From positions 1 through 64,000 of the forward strand of contig JABLTG010000113.1 in assembly GCA_016618085.1 (NCBI GenBank): a stretch of 64,000 bases of DNA, read 5' to 3'. Origin of the DNA: Neovahlkampfia damariscottae (taxonomy: Eukaryota). The translations under genes were made by a program, and so were the position numbers. The notes below the pieces were generated by a model. It saw only the letters and a list, made by a program, of their open reading frames with translations, did not search any database and was not told where the DNA came from. Numbering within the stretch: position 1 is the first letter of the stretch; each line of letters starts with the position of its first letter. Below are positions 51,220 through 63,437 of this stretch, one piece after another.

Positions 51220-52225
51220 AATCGAAAATTTATATCCCGAGAATAATCTCAGGTTCTTGTGCATTTGAAATGAGACTTCATCTTCTTTTCTTTTCGATTT
51301 CTTTCAAGCACCTGTTTTATTGTTCTATTCAAGTCAGAACCAAAATTTGTGTCTATAGTTAGGTTTTCCAGAGTAAAGTTTAAAATTCAAACATTCCGCA
51401 AGTATTCAAGTGATTGCTTGTCAAATCTTTGATAGATTGGAACAAATGAGAAATCAACCAATGATTCATTTTCATGGATGAAATCACCAACAATATGCAA
51501 ACCATGATCACTTGATAAATAATTTCCATTCATCTTTACTTTAATATATTTTTGATTCAGAACTGAAAATATTTGCTTGCATTCTCCATCATGAAGTTTG
51601 TTCTTACAAATTGAGAATGAAGTGATTGTGCTGTTCTTTGACAATCCATCTAAATGTAATGAAAAACTGACTAAACAATCATCTATATGTAGTATTTCAA
51701 GTTTTTTTGTATTTTTAAGATAGGACTGAAAATCAATTGGTAAATTGTTTTGTGGAAATATTAAAGCTTTGATGTTATCATTTTTTACAATGGTATCAAA
51801 TATTCCTCGCCTGATGAATCTATTTTTGGAAGATCCAGCACATTTTAATTTTGTCAAACTAGAACTCATTTTCAATATTTTTTGTAGCTCTAAAAATGAT
51901 ACATCTGAAAGATGTTCTGAATTGAATTGAAAATCTGATATCGTTTTTGAAAATTGTAAAATCTGAATCTTCCATAGATCTACCATGAAATATTATTGTT
52001 TGATTTCTTTGTTTTTTTTTATTGAAAGACAAATTTTTTTCATCCATTTTTCATTAATTGTGAAATAGAAGGTAATATTTTTGAGGAAATTATTTTCTTC
52101 AATAAATTTAGAATTTTTTGATCCCATAGCTTCCGAATTGTTTTCCAAAATTCTCTTTTAATTGCAGGACTTTGGTGTTATTGTTCTTTTTTAAGAAACT
52201 GGATAAAACAACATGTTTCTCATCT
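51220..52225 (-). pseudogene. Frameshifted LRR pseudogene (tandem copy 3)
   Basis: Aligns by eye with copies 1 and 2 (EKWMKKI..SIKKNK, LERNRKEK, DINFRF) but has several indels and a TGA at the conserved Trp (51249-51251). Confidence 0.75.
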
Positions 52226-52316
52226 TCTTTAATGAAAAATCCAATCAGAAAAGAAAAACGAGATTTAACCAGTGATTGAGTTCAACCAAAATGTTTAAAC
52301 AACTGTTTGAATAACT

Positions 52317-52334
52317 TTGTTTAAACAAGTTGAA
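52317..52334. repeat. 18-bp direct repeat TTGTTTAAACAAGTTGAA, copy 1 (contains a 12-bp palindrome)
   Basis: Exact copy at 53708-53725; both copies are preceded by TGAATA. Confidence 0.8.
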
Positions 52335-52363
52335 TAAGAAGATAAAAATAGTCAACCAATTGG

Positions 52364-53444
52364 ATGTCTCAAATGTCTCTTATTTCTCCTGGCACACTCA
52401 AAAGGATAAAATACAACTTATTATCTCTTTCATGTGTTCATTCAACACATGAAACACAGACAAAAGAAATCCTTGAAACTATGTCTATTTTCCAAGAAAA
52501 CAATTGTCACGTACCAACAATTGGGTTACAACCAAATAAAAAAAAAAAATGGTTGGAAAAACAACAATGATGAAGAAATAACTGAGCTTACTGAAAAGAA
52601 AGGTATTTGGTTTTGCCCTTTGTCCATTATAAAGGAAATACAAAGTTCAGAAATATCGGACAATGAACTTATTTCAAATTTTTCTGGACGTGTTATGGGA
52701 CTTATGTATTTCATTTTCATATTTCAACTTTAATTTATGAATACAAAAAGATGTATCCTAATTTTACAATTAGAAGATTTGAAATTTTGGGATCACAAAA
52801 AAAGAAAGACAATTTATATATTTTTTTACACCTGACAAAAATATACAATATGGGACTAAGAACTCTTTGGAAAATTTATTTTTTGATAACATTTTTTTTC
52901 ATCCAAAGATTGAAAAAATTTGGGCTAGTCAAAGGAATTTATCACAATATAGATTTTGCTTTTCATTTTTTGGATGAAGATAACTTTTGGGTACCTTTTT
53001 TTAAGCTTTCTAGCCTTGCATCCAATATGTGTTGGAAATGGGAAGAATTGCGAGGAAAAAATCGATGATTCATCAAAAAACAAATCTACTGGAGAAATAA
53101 TTGGTGATTTGTATCTTAATTTTTCTGAAGATATCTTTCCTAATATAATTTGGAAATATGAATACTGCAATATTTTGAAAAATTTCAACCCAAATTTTTC
53201 AAGTATTGAACCTCTCCTTGAGAAAGGATCAACACTCATGAAATATTCAGAAATTTGTTTGGACAAAAACAAAACAATTGAAGAGAGATTTATAAATTTT
53301 CTCAAGATTGTGTCATCAAGTGCTGTTAATGCATTTCTAAACTCAGAAGACGAACGTTTCTCTGAACATATGGAATCATTTTTTGACAAATATTGGGTTA
53401 TGAACTTTTGGATTTTGTTGAAGACAAATACTTCATGGATATAA
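52364..53444 (+). pseudogene. Fragmented coding-like region, probable pseudogene
   Basis: Consecutive overlapping ORFs in shifting frames with no convincing introns; CCAATTGG directly before ATG 52364. Confidence 0.4.
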
Positions 53445-53707
53445 TTTTTTATTTCAAATAAACAATTTTATAACTCTGATTGTGGAACATTTTTTTAGTT
53501 TTTTAAAAACAGAAATGAAAACCATCTGAAGTATTGAGTCAATTTTGATATTTAGTACTTTTTCAACTCACTTAGACAATTCAATGAGCAGTTATTTGAA
53601 CTTTGTTTTTTAATCCGACAAATGGACAGTGATAATTGCATCCTAAAGAAAATTTGTATTTGACCAATAGAAAAATTGTGTTATTTAACGTTTGAACGTT
53701 GAATACG

Positions 53708-53725
53708 TTGTTTAAACAAGTTGAA
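53708..53725. repeat. 18-bp direct repeat TTGTTTAAACAAGTTGAA, copy 2
   Basis: Exact copy of 52317-52334. Confidence 0.8.
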
Positions 53726-53946
53726 CCCAATCACTGGATTTAACAACAACAAAAAATTGGGGATTTTTTATTGGCGAAAAAAAAGAGAATCTTTTTATTT
53801 GGTTTTCTTTCCTTAAATTAAAAAATAAAGTAGAGTCCAGTTTTTTCTTGAGTGATCCCACCAATGATTTTTGGGTATTCCACCGAAAATAGTCCAATCA
53901 AATGATTTAAATACCCAATTATTTTTTGTAACAGATCAACGAACTG

Positions 53947-54252
53947 ATGACAAAAGGTATCAGATCTCTCACCAACAAAGCTCCAAAAGTTAGAAGCTTG
54001 AATAGATTCAACCCATGCATTGCTAAACCTGCTCAAATAAAAGAAAACGACCACTGTTTAGTCGACGCACCTGAAGAACTATACATCATCGGAAATATCG
54101 CCCCAGAGTTATTCAAAAAAGAAGTAATGGTTATTTCTGTGGACGAAGATGAAGCTAAAGTCAGAATATTGAATAGGGTTGAAATCCTAACAATACCCAC
54201 TTTTTGCTTGCAAGTCAAAACAAAAGACAACTTCAAAGTCAAAAATCGATAG
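53947..54252 (+). CDS. Small hypothetical protein (possible SH3-like/KOW barrel); 3' end uncertain
   Basis: 101-aa ORF with VMVISVDEDEAKVRI; CCAAT at 53894; probable further exon. Confidence 0.45.
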   Translation: MTKGIRSLTNKAPKVRSLNRFNPCIAKPAQIKENDHCLVDAPEELYIIGNIAPELFKKEVMVISVDEDEAKVRILNRVEILTIPTFCLQVKTKDNFKVKNR

Positions 54253-54413
54253 TTTTGGTATCCCAGCACCTAATATGAAATAAAATTTTAAAGAATCCTG
54301 TAATTGATGTTCATTTTCCAATTAATGAATTATCAGTTGCAGGGTTACTCTCGCTTTTGTTCAAACATAAATATATTTTTTTTTTGATATTATTTTATTT
54401 TTTTCTTCAATCT

Positions 54414-57400
54414 TTAAAATGAAATTCTGATCAAAATTTGTGCTCTTTCATCACAATTCATATTTGTATCATTCTTTAAATCAATCCATAAATCTTGAAA
54501 AAAAGATAGGTTTTCCAAATCGAGTACCAAAGTCCCTAATTTTCGATCACTGAATAATTTCTGGTTGAAAACATTAATTGATAGGGAATTGTCAAGTGGC
54601 ATTTTTTCTAATGAACTGAAAAATAAAAAAAAATAAAAAATATTACAATTTCAACAATTGATTCCATTGTGGTTCGAATGTGATTGGAAGTTCATCTGGA
54701 GTTGATGAAAATAACATTTTGGTTTTTTTGAAAGAATCAGATTTTTGTTTGTTTTCTGGTTTTGTTGTTTTTAATGATTGACCATTAAATTTGACTTCAA
54801 TGTATTGATCTTTCAAATCTTTGTCTTCCAATGTATTCAAATACTTTCCTCTTAAACAACTGACAAACAAATTTTTTGGTCGATTTTCAATAATTTTTGT
54901 GGGATTTATAATTTCTTCATCTGATAAATAATTTCCTTCATAAAGGTCATTGGCATAACTAAATTCTTCCTCTTCAAAAGACATTGACCAATTTCCATTT
55001 TCGTATTGAAATGAAATCAAAGGAGTGACAATTTCTTTGTTTTTAGTGTTCATTTTAAATGAACATATTTCAGTCGTTTCACTGAATAAATGAAAATCTA
55101 ATACTTTTTCAACATCTTCACTGTTTAAGATTTCAAAACAAACTACAATTTTGACCATTGAAGTTCCTCTTGAAATTGAAATAACTTCATTACAACCAGC
55201 AACAAAATCTTTCCATTCAATCAATGCATTTGAATGTTCTGGATATTCTTCACAAATTGAGTAATCCTCCAATGATCCCAAAGCATCATAAACAAATGCT
55301 GATAATGAAACGCTATTGGTTTCATGAGAAACACCAAACGTAAAACTGTCAAATTCTTGAGGGATTTTAAAAGATTCATCAATCATTTTGATCATTTTAT
55401 CTTCATTCCATTCAATAGAATCCTTGATTTTGGTATTTGACAAGTTCAATGTTTTTCTCAATCCACGTTTCTTTGTCATTGTATTTTCATTCAATAGAGG
55501 ATTTTGTGAAGCCAATGGTGATTCATTGACACCTTGAACTAAACCTAATTCTTTGATTTCTTCATTTGTTCCATTTCTATATCCAAATAATTTTGGATTT
55601 GAACATATTTTATCAAATCCTCTGAAGAAAAATTTCTCTTTTTCTTGGTTTAACATGATACCTGATTTACAAAATACTCCTGTATCAGTCCATTTTTTCT
55701 TTTTTTTTGTTGTGATCATAGCTGTGTTTCCTATACCAAAAATTGGAAAGGGGATGTTCCATAAACCAGCGGAACCAAAAAATACAGAATCTACTAGTTG
55801 AGTTGTGATGTCTTTGAAATATTTTATATTTCCAGAGAACAATGCATCAAACATTCTTGCAGCAGCTGCTTCACCAAGATGTTCTGCACCACCGTCTTGC
55901 CATGATACAGAAAGATCTGTTTTTGCACCAACTGTTGTCAATAGTGATTCTTTTTTGATTGTGCATTCCATAATTTGATCTTGATATCGTAATGTTAACA
56001 TTCTTGCGACATCTTCACAAATTTTATCTAATTTTGAAACACTTGGGATCAAATTGTTAATAGTTTTGATTTTATTGTCTTGTCTTGTTTCTTCAACTTT
56101 ATAAGCAATTTTACCAACTGCCATTGCTCCTGCTCCAAGGAAGGAAAAAGCTTGATCTGGAATATCAACAAGCGAGAATAATCCAAATGTTGCACCCTAA
56201 TGATAATGTTAAAATAATGGTTTCATTACATTGGCGATAGTTTTTAATGCTCCTTTTCCAAGAACGAAGCAAACACTTGAAAAAGTTTCTGTAACCATTT
56301 GAATGGCGAATTCACCAGAAGTTTGTTTTCTTTCAACACTTCCAGATGAAATGACTTTTGCTGCCAAAAATACCTCTGTCAACTTAGATTGAACACGATC
56401 ATGAAATGCTTTTAATTCTGGAGTATTTTCAATAAAGTCCATAATTTCTTTTTTTTTCTTCATTTCCTCCCTTTCTGACAATAGAATTTTTAAGTCATTT
56501 TGAATATCATCTATTGCATCTATTTTACTCATTTTTGATTGTAAATCTTCAATGATTGTACTGATGTTTTTTTCAAATTCTATTCTTGATTCTTTTTGTT
56601 TTTTCATTTTTTTTTTAATAGAATGAATTTGAGATTGAAATTCTTCAATTTTGGATTCCATATATCCCAATCTATTTTCATGATCATCAACTTGGAGTTT
56701 AAGTCTTTGATGATTTTCTTCCAATTGATGAATTTTCTTATTCATATTGTCAATAATCTCTTTATAATTGTTTGCAGACATTGAACATTTTGAAACAATT
56801 TTTTCCATTGTTTTAACTTCTTCTTTAAATTTATTCACTGAAATCGAATTTAATTCTTTTTTGGATTGACTCAATGATTTAATAGTTTCATCGATATCAT
56901 CAGCCATTTGACTGTCCTTTTTGGTTCCAATTCCTTCAGAATACATTTTTTTCAACATCAAAAGAGAATCTACATGATCATTTTTTGAAGCAATTGTGAA
57001 ATATTCAATTGATTTTTTGTAGTTCTCTTCTTCAAAAAATAAATGACCAATCATATAATTAGCGTTGTTGACATTCCCACCAACTTTGCTTTTGAGAAAA
57101 TATTGATAAGCTAAATCCATATTTTTTTCTTCATCCAAACCACTGAAATATATTTCTCCAAGAAAAGTGGCTGCAAGTGGAACTTCGTCCATTGATTTTT
57201 CAAAATACTCTTTCGCTTTTGAATAATTCTTTTCACAACCATATCCATTGAAGTATAATACTCCCAAGTAGGCGGAGAATATTGATGATGTTTGAAGATT
57301 TGTTTCACAAATTTCAAAGCAATTTTGATATCTTCCATCAAAAAAATAATCTTCGAATAATTTTTGTTCTTTTGATATTCCTGGATCAATTTTCTCTTTT

Positions 57401-58334
57401 ATCATATTGTTTTCATCTTTAATTTTGATGATTTTCCATTTTGTTCGATCGGTTACATCTTCCATTTCAAAATTAAAAAAACCAACTTCATTGGCTGATA
57501 AAAGTTTATCATCAAATCTAATATGAAAAAAATTTCCAATTCTCTCAAGAAAAAATTCATCTGTACCATCATTCATTGACATGTATCTGTTATTTTTTTT
57601 GAGTTTGATAGCATTTGATCTTTGATTTTTTTCCACTTGAAAAACAACTTCTTTTGATTTTATAGTAGTCAAACTTGTTTTTCCATATTTTGGTAAAAAT
57701 ATAAAATGACCAAAAGATGACTCTAAAATGATTGAATAACCATCTTCTACTTCTCCATTTTCTAAAGCAAAAAACTCTGAAGTTAAGACATCTTCGTTCA
57801 ATAAATTAATATCTGTTGAGAACAATCCATCTGAAAATTCTTTGAAATCAATTAAACCATCTCCATTTTCATCAAAATGATCGATCCAATCAGACAAAGA
57901 AATATTTTTTTTCATGTTTTTTAAAAATACTTCCTCTTCTAATAATTCTTCCAATAGCGGTTTTAATTCATCTCTAGAAAGAGCTTTAATGGTAAAATAA
58001 TAAGTAATGAATGAAAATTACTTTGACTGTTGTCTTGGTCATGTTTTGAAAATATTTCATTAAAATAAAATAGAAACTGGAGAGTTTCTTCAAAGTTTTC
58101 AAAATTTTTTGATGAAAAAGAAAAGTACCACTCAGAAAAATCGAGGAAATTGATAAATTTTGGTTCTTTTTCCAAAGGTGAAAAATAATTAGCTAAAGCT
58201 TCAAGGTATTTTTCTTCTGTATTGATTTGAATACTCTTTAACAGTTCCAATAATTCTTTACATGAAATTTTTTCTTCATGACTGGCAAATGTGATAAACA
58301 GTGACTTGAGAGTGGTTTTTCTCTTCACTTCCAT
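54414..58334 (-). CDS. Large multidomain protein: EF-hands - beta-trefoil-like - Sel1 repeats - coiled coil - unknown domain - TerD-like - C2
   Basis: Three introns join four ORFs in frame. DENGDGLIDFKEF; YLGVLYFNGYGCEKNYSKAKEYF; C2-like DQYIEVKF...FEPQWNQ...SDRKLGT. Confidence 0.72.
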
Positions 58335-58421
58335 TTGATTGGTTATTCGGAAAATGATTGGATTGATGAAAGAGGATTTTTAAAAATAAATCCCATTTAA
58401 TGCTAACAAAAGAATTTAGAT

Positions 58422-59904
58422 TCAAATAGAACAAATTGGTTTTTTTTGTAATTTTCTCCACAATATATTCGGAGCACTAAAACTATGTTAAAAAAGAAGC
58501 AACAATTACCCAGGAAGATTGATGAAATGCATTCCAACAACTTGACCATTTTGAATTAAGAATTTTCCATTGACATTCTGAAGAAATGTAAATTCATGAT
58601 TTTCCTTCAATACAATTTGGATTTCTCCCAAATTCTTAATGTTCATGAAGAGATTTCCTTTTTTTGAATACAATCTATGTGCTACTTCTATTTCATTTTG
58701 ATAATAGTATCCAACATAAAATGATGGATCTATTTTAAAACTAGTTTCAATATCAACTTCAATTTTGATTTCATTTTGATCAATTCGATGAATATCTTTC
58801 AATTTTTTATCAAGAAAAACTTGTGAAACTTCAAACGCTTTTTTTTGAATTTTCCCATCAGCAATATTTGCAGTAACAAAAATAGTCATTTTTTTTTCTG
58901 GAATTCTAATGAACTGAGAAGCATACCCAGGAAATCCTCCAGCTAATAAAATCAAAATAAATTTTACAAAAACAAACCATGAGCAATGATTTTATGTCCA
59001 TATTGTTCTGAAATGAATAATCCCCAAGCATAATTATGTGATGTTCCATTATTAAACTTTCCCGGGGTTATTATTTTTTTCATCAATTCTTGACCTCAGG
59101 TAATTTATTATCATAAAAATTTGAATCAAATTTCAAGAAATCTTCATGTGTTGTTTGTATTCCTCCAGATCCTCCTAAACGTTGAGTCAATAACGGTTTA
59201 TACATCATTTGACCATTAGACAATTTTTCATAACCATATGCAAAATTCTTTTCTGGTTTTCCTGGACTCATGAAAATTTGAGTATTCTTCATTCCAAGTG
59301 GTTCAAAAATTCTTTTTTTCATAAATTCATGATATTTCATTTTGGTGACAGATTCAATGACAAGTTCTAGAATTAAATACCCAGTATTACAATAACTCCA
59401 AGATTCACCTGTTTTGAATCCAAGAGAGTTTTGTTTTTTGATTAATTCCCATGAGTATTCTCGATCTACTGCGAACAAACCGCCATCTCCTCTGATTGTC
59501 AATAAAACTAAATATTCTTTTAAACCGGATGTATGATGTATCAAGTTTGAAATAGTAATATTTGGGAATTTAAAATCTGGTACGTATTTTTTAACAGAGT
59601 CTTTTGCAGATAACTTTCCTTCATGTTCTAAAATGGCAATAGCTAAACAAGTGAATTGTTTAGTTATTGATGCTATTATATATTTTGTATCATTTTTATT
59701 CTTTTGTTCATGACGGATCTCTGAATTTCCAAATGAATTTTGGAAAAGAAATTTTCCGTTTTGAATCACACTCACCGTTGCTCCTGAGTATCCTTTTTGA
59801 TTATATTCTGAAAATATTCTATTGACTTTTGCAGGTTTATCATCTGTAGATTGCACAGAGAGTTGAATGCACAACACCAAAACAACTGCAAACAACAAGT
59901 TCAT
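58422..59904 (-). CDS. Secreted AmpC/class C beta-lactamase-like serine hydrolase with a C-terminal accessory domain
   Basis: Signal peptide; SxxK (IASITK), YxN (YCN), LIHHTSG, IIAH|AGGFPG; needs a 38-nt intron or a frameshift at ~59057-59097. Confidence 0.82.
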
Positions 59905-60035
59905 TTTGCAACCAATAGAAAATTTTGGAACTATCTAAATCAGATAAAAACTTGGTATAATTTTGAAACAATCCTAATTGCTTCAAATATTGCACGTCTC
60001 ACTTTTTGAAGAAATTTCAGTTTATTTTTTAATTT

Positions 60036-61124
60036 TTATAATTTTGATGTTTCGTTCTTCCATTTATAATATAAATCAATTCTTTTCTTTCCATATTCCA
60101 AAAAATCAAATTCTATTTTTGAATTTTGATGTTGATATAACGACCAAACACCCCACCATAAATTGGATAATAAACCACATTCCTTAACTTCATATTGCAA
60201 TTTTTTAATTTCTTTTTCGTCTTCAGTTTGTAAATAACTTTGAATGAACGATCTTTGATGTTCCAATGATGGATATTTGGATTGGTCAATTTCTAAATCT
60301 TGATATTCACAAAAATAGTTTGCAATATCAAAACCTCTGTAGTTATAACATGCATATTCAAAATCAATTAACCTAATTAAATCTAAAATTTCAATTTTTT
60401 CAATTAAATTACCTCCGTCTGGTTGATAAATCAAATTTCTTGATTGGAGGTCATTATGACAAAAAGTAACTGGAAATGATGAAATGATTTTTTCAAGGTA
60501 TTCTTGTTCTTTTCTCAAATCATCTATAGAATACTCAAATTGTAAATTTTTGATCTTTGAAACTTCATCTATCCATTTTTTCAATGTTTTGAACAAAGTA
60601 GGTTTTTTTTCGATATCTTCAATATCCATAGCATGTAATTTAGCAACGGCAACCGCTGTTTTAGATGCAAATTTTGACATGTCATTTGAATTCAAAACAT
60701 AACCTTCAATATATTCGTAAACATTACCGTTCAAAAAACGTGCATAAACAGCAGGTCCGATCATATGTTGACTTGTTTTGATCATGATTTCAAGTTCTAA
60801 ATCACGATCAATGATGAATTCAGTTCCTAAAAATAGTTAATTATTTTATGAGGACTGATACCTTCACCATTGATTCTAACATTGCAAAATTTTCTTTTTG
60901 ATTCTTCAACCATGGTTATTCTGTAAACTAGAATTGTTAATAAAAAATAAAGTTACGAATATTTGTGACTCCATCAGTCAATGGTTTAACTTCGGAAATT
61001 TCTGAAATGTTTGGAAATACTTTGTTGATTAAAGACCTGATGTTTGTTCAGTTTTTTTTTTTTTTTGATACTTGATTCCAGATATGTCTCCAACTTTTAA
61101 AACGAGGTCAAGTTTTTTCACCAT
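60036..61124 (-). CDS. Ethanolamine/choline kinase
   Basis: DGVTN, IDRDLE, FCHNDLQSRN, LIDFEYACYNYRGFDIANYFCE. Confidence 0.92.
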
Positions 61125-61161
61125 GTTTTTTCACTTTAATTTTTAAACCGAAAAAATTGAA

Positions 61162-61166
61162 CCAAT
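61162..61166. promoter_or_regulatory. Single CCAAT box in a 63-bp bidirectional promoter (kinase / PARP)
   Basis: ACCAATC between divergent ATGs at 61124 and 61188. Confidence 0.6.
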
Positions 61167-61187
61167 CACAAGATTATTTATTTTTGG

Positions 61188-63422
61188 ATGTTTAAATTTC
61201 TGGTTTGGTTTTTTCAATCTCTCATTTTTAGTTTTCATCTTTTACAAATAAAAAAACAGCAACCACGGATGTTGATGAATTTGTAGTGAAAAACAACTTC
61301 AAACATCAAAGTGAAAAAACAATTTCAGTAATTGAAGAAATTAAACCTCAAAAAATTGAAGAAATCGAACCTGATAGTCCATTACATGAAGAAATACCTG
61401 AAAAGTTCACAAAATTATTCTAAATTTTATCAGAGACATGACTGACACAAGAAAACAGCTAAAGGAAGATTTTCACATTTGGAAGACTCAAACTTTATAT
61501 TTTGAAGATTTTTTTGTTTCTCAAATGAAACTTGATATAAGAAATTTTTCATTGACCTTTGTACTCGAATTGAATGAAGACGTCTTTGAATTTGTAACAA
61601 TAAATTTTCCAAAAGAAGAAGAATACCCTGTTGGGATGTATGAAATCATAATTGATGAAGATGAACAATTTACAATCAAACTAGAAGGTGATGACTTAGT
61701 TTCTGTTTTGGAAAATATTTTTGATGAATTCAATAGAAAAAAAGAAATGTTGAAAGAAAATATTGTTATTCAAGATAATGAAGAAGAAATTATCATAGAA
61801 GAAGAATATGACACAACCATAGAAAAATGGGCAACTGATATATTGAATACTTTAAAGAAAGAAGTTGCTCTCATCAATAAAACACCAGGTTTTTCCTTTC
61901 GTTGATTTTAATACATTCTAGGTTGGAATGCATCGGTTGAATTGTTATCGGAAGACATATTGTTGAAATTATCAATAAATCCCAGAAATAGGATCAAATT
62001 GACCACTTTATCTGGGATTGCAAGAGGTTTGGACATGGACAAATTCATAGTTATTTCGTTAACGATTCCAATGAAAGCAAAACCACCACAAATTCAATTT
62101 TTTCAAACTACTGAACTTGAAAAGAAATATGAAAAATCAGAATCAAAATTTGGTATTTGTAGTTTTCTTGATGTTTTTCTAAAAAATGACAAATTCTTGG
62201 ATAAAAATCTTGCATCTACTAAATTAAAAACACCAAAATTTGCTCATTATCTTTTAAAGTATGTTGAAGATTTTTGTATCAATTGCACTCAACAATGCAT
62301 TATTTGCGGTGAAAAACTTCCAATTGAAGGAATTAGACCCACAATTTGTCAAAAGACATTGTGCGTTTTTGGACATGAAAACCTTGGTCTTGGAATTGAT
62401 GTCGCTTATGAAATTCAAAATCGTAACAAATTCATTTTTTTCTTATTTTAGATTCTGATATTGTGGACTTATTGATTACCATTACATATGCAGCTGCACA
62501 ACCAATTTATGGGGATTTTGATCCATTCAAACCATTTCCTGAAGGTGTTTCAGCAAACACCACAGAAGGAAGCTTGAGTTTTCTAAAAAATAAAACAAAA
62601 GACAGAGAATTAGTTGTAAGCATTTTTTTATCTTACAATCAAAAAGGCTGAAGTTATTTCACTCATTCCAAATGTCAAAACTTTACAAAAATGGACAAAT
62701 GAAGGTAAATTGATAGAAAATTTGTATAAATGTCATCCTCTTGCATTTCCTTTAATTCAATGGTTATTAGGGTCAAATAGAACTCATTTAAAAAAATTGA
62801 ACAAAAAAGAATCAATCAAAGAAATGAATACCACACACCAATATTATCTATTATCCGCAACTCCAGAGAAGGAAGAAAAGTTTCAAAAATACAAAAAACA
62901 ATATGGTTCTTTATGGGCATTTCATGGTTTGAATTCCTTTTATTTTATTCATATTTTCAGGTTCTGGTTTGGCAAATTGGCATGCAATTTTCAGAAATGG
63001 ATTAAAAAATATGAGTGGAACATCAGGTCAACTGAATGGAGCAGCTTATGGAAAGGGAATATACTTGGCAGCAGAGAGTGCAACATCATTTGGTTATTCC
63101 AGAACAGGCAATGTTTGGTGTAATTGTAAGTGTGATTTTCATTAAATCTATTCAATAGCACAAATAGAAGATGATGATGTATTGTGTATTGCATTGTGTG
63201 AAAGTAATTTTTCATAAACTTCTAACTTTATAGTCATCAAGCATCCATGTACTTGGTTAATGGTATATTTCGATTATGTTCTAATTTTTATTTTAGCCAA
63301 ATCCTTATTATGTCATTTCTAATGAAGATTTAGTGATGACCCGTTATTTCTTTTTCTTTCCAGGTGGAACTTCAGAATCTGTTATTGCAAAAAGTATCAA
63401 ACCACCACAAATAGAAAAATAA
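61188..63422 (+). CDS. PARP6/8/16-like mono-ADP-ribosyltransferase with RWD-like and C4 Zn-finger regions
   Basis: CIICGE...PTICQKTLC, HPLAFPLIQW, AFHG|SGLANWHAIFRNGL, GAAYGKGIYLA, YYVI...TRYFF; many small introns. Confidence 0.85.
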
Positions 63423-63437
63423 TAAATGAGAGCTCTT

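Noticed and set aside
51249..51251. UGA=Trp recoding suggested by a TGA at a conserved Trp
   Set aside because: The same gene has frameshifts, intact genes use TGG for Trp, and several genes end in TGA (4231, 10447, 19718).
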